This document shows, piece by piece, positions 45,657 through 56,292 of a stretch of DNA of 64,000 nucleotides. Within the stretch, counting starts at the first letter, position 1, and each line of letters begins with the position of its first letter. The stretch spans positions 525 to 64,524 of the forward strand of contig JAKBEL010000021.1 in NCBI GenBank assembly GCA_021833825.1, given 5' to 3'. The notes beneath the pieces are model-generated. The model searched no databases. It was not told the DNA's origin and saw only the letters and a list, made by a program, of their open reading frames with translations. This DNA is from a bacterium. Lineage in GTDB: Bacteria; Babelota; Babeliae; Babelales; Vermiphilaceae. The position numbers and the translations under genes were made by a program.

Positions 45657-46604
45657 ATGAATATCTTTTGTAAAGGCTCTGTTTTATTGAGTCTTTTGAT
45701 AAGTATAAGTGCGCCTGTAAAGGCTGGAGATAGTTCTTCTTGGCCGTATTATGTTGGTGTAGGAGTTGCTGGGATTGCTGTAGGGGTAGGCGGAACTCTT
45801 CTTGTAACTGATCAGGTAAATCGATCTATTGATCATGCAATTGAAAAATTAACAGTTGATGCAGAAGCTGGTCTGACAAGAGTTGTTGATCATGCAACTG
45901 AAAAATTGACAACTGAAGCAGAAGAACAAGCAGAACATCTTGTTACATTTTTCCTTGGAGAGAAAAAGGGAGATGAAAATATGAATAGTGTTGATTGCAG
46001 TAATGTTGTGGCAGCAGAAAGAGGTGGGTTGGTTTCACCGCTTGAAAAGGTTGCAGAGATAGCAAAAAATACTATTGAATCATCGGGGCATCAGGTTGCT
46101 ATTGATTTTACAACTATGATGGAAGAATCTGGTCAAAAGATTGTATCAGATTTTTCGCAGGTTGTAGAGGCGTCAAGCCCTAAAGTAGCCGTTGATTTTT
46201 CTAAAGCTATGGAAGAAGTGGGCCAAAATGTAACAGCAGATTTGGCCAAAAATATTGTGCAGTCAGGTAATCAACTAACCGTTGGTTTGGCTCAAAATGT
46301 TGCAAGGATGATGCTCTCCTATACATTAGGTCTTTTTGGTGCATTTTTTGCCTATAAGCAGATTGTCGATTATTTTGCATCTCAAGAAAAAATTGATCAT
46401 CTTGATATAGTTGCTCAAGAACAGGTGATGCCCCTGTTGCCACAAGGTAAGCTTCTTCAGGCTTTAGAAAGGCGGGAGGCGGCTCTCATTAATGCAGAGC
46501 GGAAACATCTAAAGCAAAAGCAGAGCAGAGCATTTTATCTAGCAGGATGTGGGTCGCTCACCTTTGCCGTAGCTTGCGGCCTCTGTTCTTATTGGATTCA
46601 GTAA
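45657..46604 (+). CDS. Leader-bearing protein with glycine-zipper TM, internal helical repeats and C-terminal TMs
   Basis: ATG at 45657 (MNIFCKGSVLLSLLISISAPVKA). YYVGVGVAGIAVGVGGTLLV. Repeats IDHAIEKLTVDAE / VDHATEKLTTEAE and VAIDFTTMMEESGQ / VAVDFSKAMEEVGQ. Confidence 0.6.
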   Translation: MNIFCKGSVLLSLLISISAPVKAGDSSSWPYYVGVGVAGIAVGVGGTLLVTDQVNRSIDHAIEKLTVDAEAGLTRVVDHATEKLTTEAEEQAEHLVTFFLGEKKGDENMNSVDCSNVVAAERGGLVSPLEKVAEIAKNTIESSGHQVAIDFTTMMEESGQKIVSDFSQVVEASSPKVAVDFSKAMEEVGQNVTADLAKNIVQSGNQLTVGLAQNVARMMLSYTLGLFGAFFAYKQIVDYFASQEKIDHLDIVAQEQVMPLLPQGKLLQALERREAALINAERKHLKQKQSRAFYLAGCGSLTFAVACGLCSYWIQ

Positions 46605-48034
46605 TTAAAATTGATAAGAGTGCGCAGTCGTCTTTTGCTCTCATCGATGCCCAATATTTCAATGAGATCGTTAATTGATGGACCCTCTATTGTGCCTATT
46701 AACCCTATTCGAATAAAACCGAATAGATCTTTTATTTTAATCTCATGCTCTTTTGTCAATCTTTTTGCAGAGTCAATAAAAGATTGGCTATCTGTTGTTT
46801 TATCAAGAAGTTTAGATAGAATCACATTCAGTTTTGCTGTATTGTCAAAATGGCTGAATAGCTCTTTGTTAAGGGTCGGTTGTTCAAAGTAAAAACGGAT
46901 TGCGGAAACAGTATCTTTAAGTGTAGAGAGATCAGTTTTTAAAAGTTGCAAGATTTGGCTCAGTCTCTCTTGAGAAATATTGTTAATTTGAGGATAGGCT
47001 TCTATTAAATAGGGTATAGATCGTTTGAGCAATTCATCTGCAGGAATGCGGGCGATCCATTTGTTGTTCATCCAGCGCATTTTTTCCGGATCAAATTTCA
47101 CTTGACCTGTAGTGCTGATGTGGTCAAAGTTGAGGGCCTTAATAAGTTCATCGAACGACATCACTTCTTCTTTAAATGAACCTCCGCCGATGATACTCAG
47201 GTAATTGAGTAATGCTTCTGGTAAAAAGCCTGCTATTTTTAAATCTCGTAATGAGAATCCAAAGTCACGTTTTGATAATTTTTTGCCCTCAACATTACAG
47301 ATCATTGGAAGGTGCCAAAAGGTTGGCAAAGGCTCCTTAAATGCTTCAAATAGAGCAGCTTGGCATGCTGTATTGGTCAGATGATCTTCGCCTCTTATTA
47401 CATGTGTGATTTTCATAAGCATGTCATCTACAAAATTGGCAAAAATAAAGGTAAAGCTTCCATCGCCGCGTGTGAGAGGAAAGTCAGAGAAATTTTTTAA
47501 TTCAAAGGTTATTGTGCCATGCGATAGATCATTGATAGTCACGCTTTTTTCTTGATCAAGTTTATAACGCCAAATAAAGGTTGTTTTTTTATTAAGAAGT
47601 TCTTCGATCTCTTCTGGGTTGAGCATAAGGCAACTGCGATCATAACGTGGAGGTTTTTTGAGGGCTATTTGACGAGCGCGACGTTTTTCAAGTTCTTCAG
47701 AGGTGCAAAAGCATCGATAAAGAAGATTGTTTGCAAGAAGTTTATTAAGAGCATCTTGATATAGATTGGTTCGTTGTGATTGAAAGTAGGGAGTATAAGG
47801 GCCGCCTACTTCAGGTCCTTCATCATAAAATAGACCAAGCCAGTGAAGGTCTTCAATAATCTCTTTTGCTTGAGGGTCAAAGTTTCTTGCTGAATCGGTA
47901 TCTTCAATACGTAAGACAAAGGTGCCATTCTTCTGCTTAGAGAATAGCCTGTTCATAAGTGCAGTGCGAATGTTTCCAAGATGCATCATGCCTGTAGGAG
48001 ATGGGGCAAAGCGCAGGCGAATTATCTGTTTCAT
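46598..48034 (-). CDS. gltX: Glutamate--tRNA ligase
   Basis: RFAPSPTGMMHLGNIRTAL (HIGH) and KLSKRD (KMSKS). Confidence 0.9.
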   Translation of the reverse strand: MKQIIRLRFAPSPTGMMHLGNIRTALMNRLFSKQKNGTFVLRIEDTDSARNFDPQAKEIIEDLHWLGLFYDEGPEVGGPYTPYFQSQRTNLYQDALNKLLANNLLYRCFCTSEELEKRRARQIALKKPPRYDRSCLMLNPEEIEELLNKKTTFIWRYKLDQEKSVTINDLSHGTITFELKNFSDFPLTRGDGSFTFIFANFVDDMLMKITHVIRGEDHLTNTACQAALFEAFKEPLPTFWHLPMICNVEGKKLSKRDFGFSLRDLKIAGFLPEALLNYLSIIGGGSFKEEVMSFDELIKALNFDHISTTGQVKFDPEKMRWMNNKWIARIPADELLKRSIPYLIEAYPQINNISQERLSQILQLLKTDLSTLKDTVSAIRFYFEQPTLNKELFSHFDNTAKLNVILSKLLDKTTDSQSFIDSAKRLTKEHEIKIKDLFGFIRIGLIGTIEGPSINDLIEILGIDESKRRLRTLINFNY

Positions 48035-48205
48035 CTATATTTACCTTGTATAAAGATTCTATATCAATTTCTATTTTAAAAAGAGCTTCCTTGGAATTTT
48101 TGTACAAATAAAGAAACAAGCTATATATTGTGGGCTCTTCTTGTTTTGTAATTATTTTCACAGTATATATTATAACAAAAGGATCTATAAAAAAGGAGTA
48201 GGGTG

Positions 48206-48484
48206 ATGTACAAATGTTTAAAAATTACCTTTAGTGCTGATTTGCCTGAAGGGTTTATGCAGAAAGCTATTCAAAAAAATGCTCGAAAATTGGATATTGA
48301 GGGCGTGGCTCAGTTGATGATGAGTAATCTAGTCAGGATCATAGTCTGTGGAGCTATGGATCAGGTTGATGCTTTTCTTGACCTGCTTTATAAAGAGGTC
48401 AATGCTGTCAATATGAATGAGTTTCAAGTAGAGCCTTTTTTAAAAGACAGAGATTATAGGGGCGTCTTTCGTGTTGTTGAGTAA
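48206..48484 (+). CDS. Small protein with acylphosphatase-like layout but no canonical VxGxVQGVxFR motif
   Basis: AAGGAG lies 7 nt before the ATG at 48206. The beta-alpha-beta-beta-alpha-beta-like pattern and the ...GVFRVVE end are a weak assignment. Confidence 0.4.
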   Translation: MYKCLKITFSADLPEGFMQKAIQKNARKLDIEGVAQLMMSNLVRIIVCGAMDQVDAFLDLLYKEVNAVNMNEFQVEPFLKDRDYRGVFRVVE

Positions 48485-48562
48485 TTAGCGGGGCTTGTTG
48501 ATTAATTCACTAGCCTAATAAATTCGGGCCTTAAATGATTTTATGCTTTATGGTAAACTGAT

Positions 48563-51541
48563 TTGATGTGTCATAGTTTGCCGAATATATTCAAGAGTCA
48601 TAAGGCTTTCAGTGTGCTTATAACGTTAGTGAATCGCTGTTACCCCATTTTATCTATTTTTTTCTTTTTTTATATAGGCGCATCGCAACATCATGAATCT
48701 ATTGTTATAACAATAACTGCAGATCAAGATGATCGAGAGCTGTATGGGGCAAAGTTAAAAAAACTTTTGCCAGAGAGCTTTATGATTAAAGAGATTGGAT
48801 TTGATGCTGATGTCTATCTGCAGCGGGATGAATTTGATTATCTGGTTGGTATGAGAGAGCGCGATACAGTGACCAGTCAGACATTGACTCAGTCTGTCTA
48901 TTATTTAATGAAAAAGCAGAAGTTCGATGCCATAACGATTACTGTTGATTGTTATGCAGATGGTGCAAGGATTCATTTTCAATTAAGTTCTTTCTGGACG
49001 TTTAAAAAAGTAAAATTTAAGGGTATTTTTGTCGGCAAGGAGTATTATCGGCAATATTATATTATGGAATGTGGAGATCGATTTGATCTTCAGAAGCATG
49101 AGGATTCCATTAAAAAGATAACAGAATCATTTAAGCAGGATGGTTATTTTGCCGCTCATGTTAAAGCTGATCTTATATATGATAATAAGACAAAATCTGT
49201 AACTGTATGTTTGTATATTTCAAAGGGGCCTCGATTTGCTATAGGTTCTGTTCAGATGGCAATTGAATCAGATTTATTGTGTGATGGAGAGAGGGATGCT
49301 CTGTATGAATCTATTCAGGTAGTCTTTATTCAACCGTTCTTGCGCAATTGGTATAATCGAGATCTTATCAATAACCAGACAATTTTATTAAGAGATTTTT
49401 TGGCCAAGAGGTCCTATTTGCATGTTGATGTTGATTTGCAAGAGCATGTTCATTATATGTCAAAGCGAATAGATCTCGATTTTATTATTCATCTTTCTTA
49501 TAAAAAGGGATTTGAATTTGTTGGTAATCATTTTTATTCTAATTCTGAGTTACTCGATTTTATGCTAGCATTTGGACGTTCGACATCTCTTTTGCCGGCA
49601 TCGATATTATCTGAAGAGATTATAAAAAAATATCATGATAAGGGCTTTTGGGCAGTTTCCGTTGATGCCCAAGAATGTGAGGATGGATGTCGCTTTATTA
49701 TTAATGAGGGCGCTCGTTCTCGTATTGTAGATATTGAGTTGCGGAATCTTTTTTATTTTAATAAGCAACAGTTGATTAAAAAGTTTTTTATGCCCATTTT
49801 GCGCAAAAAGTATTATGATGCTCATCTTATTGATAAAGCAATAGATAAAGCCTTGGCCTATTTTTTAACATTTGGTTTTTGGCAATGTGCTCTACTTCAT
49901 AAAAAGATAGAATTAATTGATAAGACAGATAATGCTTACACATTAATTATAACTTTTGAAGAGGGAATTCAGAGCTTTTTAAATAGCGTAAATATTGAAG
50001 GGTTTAATGATCTTCTTTCTCAGGGACCATTTAGAGAGTTTCATGAGCAACAGAAAAAGATTCCCTTTGATGTTGCTTTTATTGAAGAGCAGCGCCAGTG
50101 GTTACAGCAATATTTTCAAAAGGAGGGCTACTACCAGCCGCAGGTGCGCCCTCTCTTTGATAAGCATGAGGGTGATATTGATGTGACTTGGCAGGTCGAT
50201 GTGAATGGCCCTCAGGTGCAGTTTGGCAAAACAGTTCTGCTTGGAGCAACCAAGTTTCCATTTAAATCTATTCAAAGAGAGCTTGACTATAAAATAGGTG
50301 ATCCATGGCATAATAATGCGTTGCGCCATTCTATAAGTCGTCTTCAAAAGCTTGAAATATTCGAGTCGGTTCATCTTTTTCCTGATAAAAAAATCGATTC
50401 GGGCCATGAACATGTTATGTTGCTCAAGCTTCAAGAGGATGATCCATTTGAGTTGAAAATGAGAATTGGTGCTGGCCTACAGCATGTAACAAAAAGTTTA
50501 ACAACAGGTGGTCCAACTTATCGATTAGGTGGAAGTTTTATTTGGAAGAATCCAGCAAATTGTGGGGATCAGTTTCGTTTTGATGCTGATTTCACCAGAG
50601 CAATTAGGCTTGTTAATGCGCAATATCGCCTTCCATGGATTTTTAATGTGCCTGTTAATGCAATGTTGCAGGGATATACGAATAGATTTGAGTATCCTGG
50701 ATTTATAGGTAGTCAAAAGAATCTATATACGGTCATTCAACAGGGTTTTTTAGTAAATTTAACAGGTGTTTATAATGTTATTGATGCTGCATTGAGTACT
50801 GGGGTTGAAGTTGTTGATACCTATATAGATGAATCAAAAGAGGATGGTTGCTTTGCAAAAGAGGTCGCTCGTGCGATCAATTTCAGGCCTGAATTGCTTG
50901 ATAAAAATATTCCCTTTTTTCTTATTCAACCTACATGCATTCTCTTCTATTTAGATAACACGGTCAATCCAACTAGAGGATCATTCTCTGTGCTCTCTAT
51001 TAAAGGAATGTTTCCTATGGCCAAGTTAGCTCCAAGTAATTTTTTTATTCGTATATTGGCTGAGCAATCATTTTTTATTCCATGTTTACCTCTGGTATTT
51101 GCATTGAGAATTCGATTTGGTCATATTTTCCATCCCAAATTTAGTACCATTATTCCTATAGAGCGTTTTTATTTGGGTGGAGCAAACTCTATTCGTAGCT
51201 ATGAGACTGATCAGTGTCCGCCCTTGGGGACTGTTTGTGATAATGGAAAAGAGTTGTTTGTTCCTCAGGGTGGCAGATCACTTGCCAACCTCAATCTTGA
51301 GATGAGGTTTCCTCTGTATAATCAATTTGGTGGAGTTGTGTTTACAGATGTGGGTGTGCTGAGCAACAATCGGTTGGCAGAAATTCGCGCACAAGATTGT
51401 CTTTCAGGTATAGGATTTGGGTTGCGCTATAATACTGCTATTGGACCTTTAAGGTTTGATGTTGCATGGAGAGGTCGTAAGCATGATGGAGTTGGCAGAC
51501 CTTATGCATGGTTCTTATCTTTTGGTAATGCATTCATATAG
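48563..51541 (+). CDS. bamA: Omp85-family outer-membrane assembly factor (BamA/TamA-like) with POTRA repeats
   Basis: 992 aa. Repeated POTRA-like modules and the C-terminal barrel motif ERFYLGGANSIRSY. The start is uncertain (TTG 48563 or ATG 48566). Confidence 0.8.
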   Translation: MMCHSLPNIFKSHKAFSVLITLVNRCYPILSIFFFFYIGASQHHESIVITITADQDDRELYGAKLKKLLPESFMIKEIGFDADVYLQRDEFDYLVGMRERDTVTSQTLTQSVYYLMKKQKFDAITITVDCYADGARIHFQLSSFWTFKKVKFKGIFVGKEYYRQYYIMECGDRFDLQKHEDSIKKITESFKQDGYFAAHVKADLIYDNKTKSVTVCLYISKGPRFAIGSVQMAIESDLLCDGERDALYESIQVVFIQPFLRNWYNRDLINNQTILLRDFLAKRSYLHVDVDLQEHVHYMSKRIDLDFIIHLSYKKGFEFVGNHFYSNSELLDFMLAFGRSTSLLPASILSEEIIKKYHDKGFWAVSVDAQECEDGCRFIINEGARSRIVDIELRNLFYFNKQQLIKKFFMPILRKKYYDAHLIDKAIDKALAYFLTFGFWQCALLHKKIELIDKTDNAYTLIITFEEGIQSFLNSVNIEGFNDLLSQGPFREFHEQQKKIPFDVAFIEEQRQWLQQYFQKEGYYQPQVRPLFDKHEGDIDVTWQVDVNGPQVQFGKTVLLGATKFPFKSIQRELDYKIGDPWHNNALRHSISRLQKLEIFESVHLFPDKKIDSGHEHVMLLKLQEDDPFELKMRIGAGLQHVTKSLTTGGPTYRLGGSFIWKNPANCGDQFRFDADFTRAIRLVNAQYRLPWIFNVPVNAMLQGYTNRFEYPGFIGSQKNLYTVIQQGFLVNLTGVYNVIDAALSTGVEVVDTYIDESKEDGCFAKEVARAINFRPELLDKNIPFFLIQPTCILFYLDNTVNPTRGSFSVLSIKGMFPMAKLAPSNFFIRILAEQSFFIPCLPLVFALRIRFGHIFHPKFSTIIPIERFYLGGANSIRSYETDQCPPLGTVCDNGKELFVPQGGRSLANLNLEMRFPLYNQFGGVVFTDVGVLSNNRLAEIRAQDCLSGIGFGLRYNTAIGPLRFDVAWRGRKHDGVGRPYAWFLSFGNAFI

Positions 51542-51651
51542 ATGGGCCAGTAACTTTTGATAGCCTTGAACTATAATACTTTTTGCTAAAAGAATAATAA
51601 TGCTATACATTAATAGACGGATAATATGAAAAATTTATAGAAGGGTTATAC

Positions 51652-52329
51652 ATGGCTCATCACAACAATAACCATGCGCATGAACATACTCATGAGCATA
51701 GCCTTACACAAGAGTTAATCTGCCATTTTCCTTACGCAGTATTTTCTGTTGCGTTTGCTCTTATTTTGGTCAGTTTTATAACCAAGCCTGGTCTTGAATC
51801 GGTTGGGCTTCTTCAGATGCAGTCACATATTCTGTTTCATAGTTTCCATTTTATGCATATAGTCTTTGCATCAGCGGGATCTATGATAACCTTTTTGCGT
51901 TATTCAAAAAATCTATTCATGGGTGTTCTTATTAGTATTTTATCTCCGGCTGTATTTTGTATTCTTTCTGACGTTATTTTGCCCTATATTGGTGGGCGGA
52001 TGTTAGGTGTTGATATGCATTGGCATATCTGTTTTATTACTGAACTTCACAATGTATTGCCATTTCTATTTACAGGAATTTTAACTGGTATAGCATTGAG
52101 TTATCATGGTTCAGAACAACAGGGTTTTTACAGTGTTTTTTCCCATTTTTTTCATATCTTTGTAAGTTCTATTGCGTCAACACTCTATCTTGTTTCACAC
52201 GGATTTACTACATGGTATGATTCAATAGGGTATGTTTTTGTATTTTTAATTATTGCTGTTGTTATTCCATGTACCTGTTCAGATGTGCTTGTTCCTGCAT
52301 TGATAGCAAAAGCACATGCCAAACAATGA
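51652..52329 (+). CDS. Polytopic membrane protein with His-rich N-terminus (possible metal transporter)
   Basis: MAHHNNNHAHEHTHEHS followed by about 6 TM segments containing conserved-looking His and Cys. Confidence 0.5.
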   Translation: MAHHNNNHAHEHTHEHSLTQELICHFPYAVFSVAFALILVSFITKPGLESVGLLQMQSHILFHSFHFMHIVFASAGSMITFLRYSKNLFMGVLISILSPAVFCILSDVILPYIGGRMLGVDMHWHICFITELHNVLPFLFTGILTGIALSYHGSEQQGFYSVFSHFFHIFVSSIASTLYLVSHGFTTWYDSIGYVFVFLIIAVVIPCTCSDVLVPALIAKAHAKQ

Positions 52330-52341
52330 GGGTTGTTATAG

Positions 52342-53433
52342 ATGCGAAGCATTCAATTAAAAGATATAACTAAATCATATAATGGTGAACTGATTCTTGA
52401 GAAGTTAAACTTAACAATACCAAGTGGTCAGTTTTTTGCTCTTTTGGGCCCTAGTGGCAGCGGCAAAACAACATTATTAAGGCTTATTGCAGGGTTTGAA
52501 GAGCCAGATTCAGGGCAGATCTTCTTAAAAGATAAAGATATCACTCACACACCTGTCAATGAGCGAACTATTAATACTGTTTTTCAACATTATGCTCTTT
52601 TTCCACATTTGAATGTATTTGATAATGTTGCATACGGGTTACGTATTAAAAAATTTTCTGAAGAGGTAATTGCTCAAAAGGTCAATAGGGTATTACATGC
52701 TATGCATCTTGAGAAACAGATATATAAGTCGATCAATCAACTCTCTGGTGGCCAAAAACAGCGTGTAGCTTTGGCGCGCGCAGTGGTCAATGAACCGGAT
52801 GTTCTTCTTTTTGACGAACCTTTGGCAGCATTAGATGCCAAGCTGAGAGAGCGCATGCTTGTTGAATTGATTGAATTGCAAAGCACCTTAAAAACAACCT
52901 TTGTATATGTAACTCATGATCAGACTGAAGCCTTAACCGTTGCAGATACTATGGCGATTATGAATCAAGATGGTGAGATTGAGCAGGTTGGAACGCCGCG
53001 AGAAATTTATGAATTTCCAGCCTCATCATTCGTTGCTCGATTTGTTGGTACCACGAATATTTTTTCAGGAAGGGTGATCATTGAGGCGGATAAAGGGTAT
53101 TTTGATATTCCGCATTTAGGTAGATTTGCTCTGCTGATTCCTCAGGATAAGCTCACATTATACAATGAAAATAAAATGCTTATGAGCTTGCGACCTGAAA
53201 AAATTATGATAAGTAAAAAGCCTCTTGAAGGTTTTTCAAATCATATAGAGGGCGTTGTGAATTCTATTATCTATTATGGTCGTTCAACACAGTATAATAT
53301 TCTTCTTGCAAACGAGATGATTATGCATGTGTTTGAACAGAATGATGAGCATTTTGCAACAGAAGAGATCAGTTATGATGATAAAGTATATTTATATTGG
53401 CAAAAAGAGAATGTGGTTTTATTACTAAAATGA
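52342..53433 (+). CDS. potA: Spermidine/putrescine ABC transporter ATP-binding protein
   Basis: GPSGSGKTT, LSGGQKQRVALARA and LLFDEP, plus a C-terminal TOBE-like extension. Confidence 0.85.
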   Translation: MRSIQLKDITKSYNGELILEKLNLTIPSGQFFALLGPSGSGKTTLLRLIAGFEEPDSGQIFLKDKDITHTPVNERTINTVFQHYALFPHLNVFDNVAYGLRIKKFSEEVIAQKVNRVLHAMHLEKQIYKSINQLSGGQKQRVALARAVVNEPDVLLFDEPLAALDAKLRERMLVELIELQSTLKTTFVYVTHDQTEALTVADTMAIMNQDGEIEQVGTPREIYEFPASSFVARFVGTTNIFSGRVIIEADKGYFDIPHLGRFALLIPQDKLTLYNENKMLMSLRPEKIMISKKPLEGFSNHIEGVVNSIIYYGRSTQYNILLANEMIMHVFEQNDEHFATEEISYDDKVYLYWQKENVVLLLK

Positions 53434-54299
53434 GACAAGAGATTAAAGAGATTATTTCTCAAGAACAACCCTTTTTTTTAGCGATACCGGCGCTCGTGTG
53501 GCAATTACTCTTTTTCTATATGCCATTGCTGTTTGTTGTATTTATTAGTTTCAAACGAGCCGGTAGTGGTATTTTTTCTGGGTTTTCATTGGAGAATTAT
53601 GCAGCATGCTTGACCTGGAGTTTTGTTCATATTATTTTTCGTTCTCTATTTTTCTCATTTTGCGCAGCGACGTTCTGCCTGTTGATTGGGTATCCTGTTG
53701 CTTACTATCTAGCCCGTAAGGCGACAACATGGAAAAATACATTACTTTTTTTTTTAGTGCTTCCCTTTTGGACCAATATGTTGGTTCAAGTCTATGCTTG
53801 GTTTGCTATTCTTGAACGTAAAGGGTTACTCAATTCGTTACTTATTGATCTCGGTCTTATTAATGAGCCTCTCTCTTTAATGAATACGCCATTTGCCATC
53901 TATCTGGTTATGATCTATTATTACATACCTTTTATGGTGATCCCTATTTATGTGATTCTTGAAAAGCTTGAAGATGATTATATTGAAGCTTCATTTGATT
54001 TAGGTGCTACCACATTACAGACTTTTGTGAAGGTAACATTACCTTTATCAATGTCTGGTATTGTTACAGGATTCTTTTTAGTCTTTGTTCCAGCTTTTGG
54101 AGAGTTTGTTATTCCAGGTTTAATGGGTGGAAATAAATTCATGTATGTTGGAACTTTGATCAGTTACTATTATCTTAATGTACGAGATGAATCTTTGGGT
54201 GCTGCATGCACTGTAATGAGTCTGATTGTGCTTGCGGTTGCATCGATTGTTCTTTATCGATTCTTTTCTATCTTTATGCGTCGTGAAGGAAAATCATGA
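53430..54299 (+). CDS. potB: Spermidine/putrescine ABC transporter permease
   Basis: The ATG at 53430 overlaps the potA stop (ATGA). EAA-loop-like EASFDLGAT. Confidence 0.8.
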   Translation: MRQEIKEIISQEQPFFLAIPALVWQLLFFYMPLLFVVFISFKRAGSGIFSGFSLENYAACLTWSFVHIIFRSLFFSFCAATFCLLIGYPVAYYLARKATTWKNTLLFFLVLPFWTNMLVQVYAWFAILERKGLLNSLLIDLGLINEPLSLMNTPFAIYLVMIYYYIPFMVIPIYVILEKLEDDYIEASFDLGATTLQTFVKVTLPLSMSGIVTGFFLVFVPAFGEFVIPGLMGGNKFMYVGTLISYYYLNVRDESLGAACTVMSLIVLAVASIVLYRFFSIFMRREGKS

Positions 54300-55081
54300 G
54301 TATTAAACGTTCAAGAGCATATTGGGTTTTACCATGTACGGTTTTTGGGGTTTATCTTTTTTTATATATACCGATTATCATACTCATTCTTCTTTCATTT
54401 AATAAATCTCCATTTTTTACTCAGTGGCAAGGTTTTTCATTAGATTGGTATTATCAACTGTTTCAGTCAGTTGAGGTATGGGATGCTTTGCAAAATTCTA
54501 TAATTGTTGCATTGTCAGCAATGTTTTTAAGTTTGACGTTAGGAATATTGCTTGTTTTTTATGCTAAGCGAACTCTATTAAAGCCAATATCACTTCTCTT
54601 TTATGGTACATTGGCGGCACCAGAAATTGTACTCGCAGTAGGGCTTTTAAGTATTTTTGTATATTTTTCTATTTCGCTCGGCCTGTTGAGTGTTATTGCA
54701 GGCCATACATTAATTGGACTTGGATATGTGGTTCCAATGATTTATACTCGCATTCAAGAGATGGATGCTGCGCTTATTGAAGCATCCATGGATTTGGGAG
54801 CTAGTTACGCACGAACCCTCTATGCAGTTGTTTTGCCATTTTTAAAACCAACATTAATAGGTGCGGGATTATTGGTATTTATTATATCATTTGATGATTT
54901 TATTGTTGCTTTTTTCTGTGCTGGAGCCACTGCGCAGACGTTGCCGCTCTATATATTTTCCGTACTGCGTTCAGGCGCAACGCCAATGATCAATGCTCTT
55001 TCGACTATACTTTTGTGTATTAGTGGTCTTTTTGTGCTGCTCTTTTCATTGTTTACGCTCCGAAAGGTTGGTTTTCAATGA
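54296..55081 (+). CDS. potC: Spermidine/putrescine ABC transporter permease
   Basis: ATGA overlap with potB. EASMDLGAS. Confidence 0.8.
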   Translation: MSIKRSRAYWVLPCTVFGVYLFLYIPIIILILLSFNKSPFFTQWQGFSLDWYYQLFQSVEVWDALQNSIIVALSAMFLSLTLGILLVFYAKRTLLKPISLLFYGTLAAPEIVLAVGLLSIFVYFSISLGLLSVIAGHTLIGLGYVVPMIYTRIQEMDAALIEASMDLGASYARTLYAVVLPFLKPTLIGAGLLVFIISFDDFIVAFFCAGATAQTLPLYIFSVLRSGATPMINALSTILLCISGLFVLLFSLFTLRKVGFQ

Positions 55082-56139
55082 GATATGAAATGGTTTTGAG
55101 AGGAGTTATCAGAACATCTATTGTCCTTTTTTGGATTATAGTTATTTTCTTTATTTATCAATTATCAAATTATAGATTTCCATTTGCAGAGCAGAAAACA
55201 TTATCTGTTGCCGTATGGCCTTTAATGTTAGATGCTCAAAAACTTGTAGAATTTGAGCAAGAGACTGGCATTAAGTTAAAGATCACTTATTTTGAATCAA
55301 GTGAAGAGTTGTTGAGCAAAGTTCAGGCAACCAAAGGTGTTGGCTATGATATTATTTTTCCATCAGATTATACAGTTGGCTCTTTTATTAGACAGGGTCT
55401 TTTGCAGAGGCTTGATAGAAGCAGATTAAATTTTTGGAATGATCTTGATAAGCGATTATTGAATGCTTATTTTGATCCTCAAAATGAATATACAATTCCA
55501 TTTTATTGGGCAGCATATGGAATAGGTATTAATAAGAAGTTATTTGGAGAGAATCCCCCTAATACATGGGGGTTGCTTTTTGATCAATCTTATAATCCTC
55601 AGCAGATCATTATGACCAATAGTCCTCGTGAGGCTATTTCTATTACTGCGCTTTATCTATTTGGCTCCCTTGATGCACTAAAAAGTTCTGAAAATCAAAA
55701 GCGCATAAGAGATGTATTAGTGACCCAAAAATCTTGGGTTGATCTCTACACAGAGGAGCGACTTGATGAGTTGTTGGCATCGGAAAATAATAATTTAGTT
55801 TTTGGATTGAGTGCCGATATAACTCGTGCAATGAGAAGAAATAAGGATATCATTTTCATGATTCCCAAAGAGGGAAGTTTTATTGTTATTGACAGTATTG
55901 CTATTCCAGCTAAAAGTAAGAATATAGAACTTGCATATGAGTTTATTAACTATATCTATCGGCCAGATATTGTAGATCATCATATTAGACTATATAATAT
56001 GTGTTCACCTATCATCTCTAATCGCGAAAAGTCTGGATATGCTCCAGACAATAATGCTTTTACAAAACTTCATTTCTTAGTGGATAGCATATCTGAATCA
56101 GGATTAAATAATCTTTGGATAGATTTACTTGCAAATTAA
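55078..56139 (+). CDS. potD: Spermidine/putrescine ABC transporter substrate-binding protein
   Basis: ATGA overlap with potC. FEQETGIKLKITYFESSEELLSKV...GYDIIFPSDY is PotD-like. Confidence 0.8.
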   Translation: MRYEMVLRGVIRTSIVLFWIIVIFFIYQLSNYRFPFAEQKTLSVAVWPLMLDAQKLVEFEQETGIKLKITYFESSEELLSKVQATKGVGYDIIFPSDYTVGSFIRQGLLQRLDRSRLNFWNDLDKRLLNAYFDPQNEYTIPFYWAAYGIGINKKLFGENPPNTWGLLFDQSYNPQQIIMTNSPREAISITALYLFGSLDALKSSENQKRIRDVLVTQKSWVDLYTEERLDELLASENNNLVFGLSADITRAMRRNKDIIFMIPKEGSFIVIDSIAIPAKSKNIELAYEFINYIYRPDIVDHHIRLYNMCSPIISNREKSGYAPDNNAFTKLHFLVDSISESGLNNLWIDLLAN

Positions 56140-56292
56140 TCTACATGTAATGGCTCTGGTTATAAAGTATTTTTATGCTTTTTTGTTACAAAAAAAATTG
56201 TTGACAATGTAATTTAAAAGTTATAAGACTAGGTTAACTGTATTGAAAAGAGAGAAGTATCTATAACTAATGTTGAAGAAGGGAAAGAGTGT

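Noticed and set aside
56201-56227. TTGACA ... TATAAG as the promoter of the giant gene
   Set aside because: The spacer is only about 15 nt and the region is so AT-rich that -10-like hexamers are frequent. This is too weak to list as a feature.
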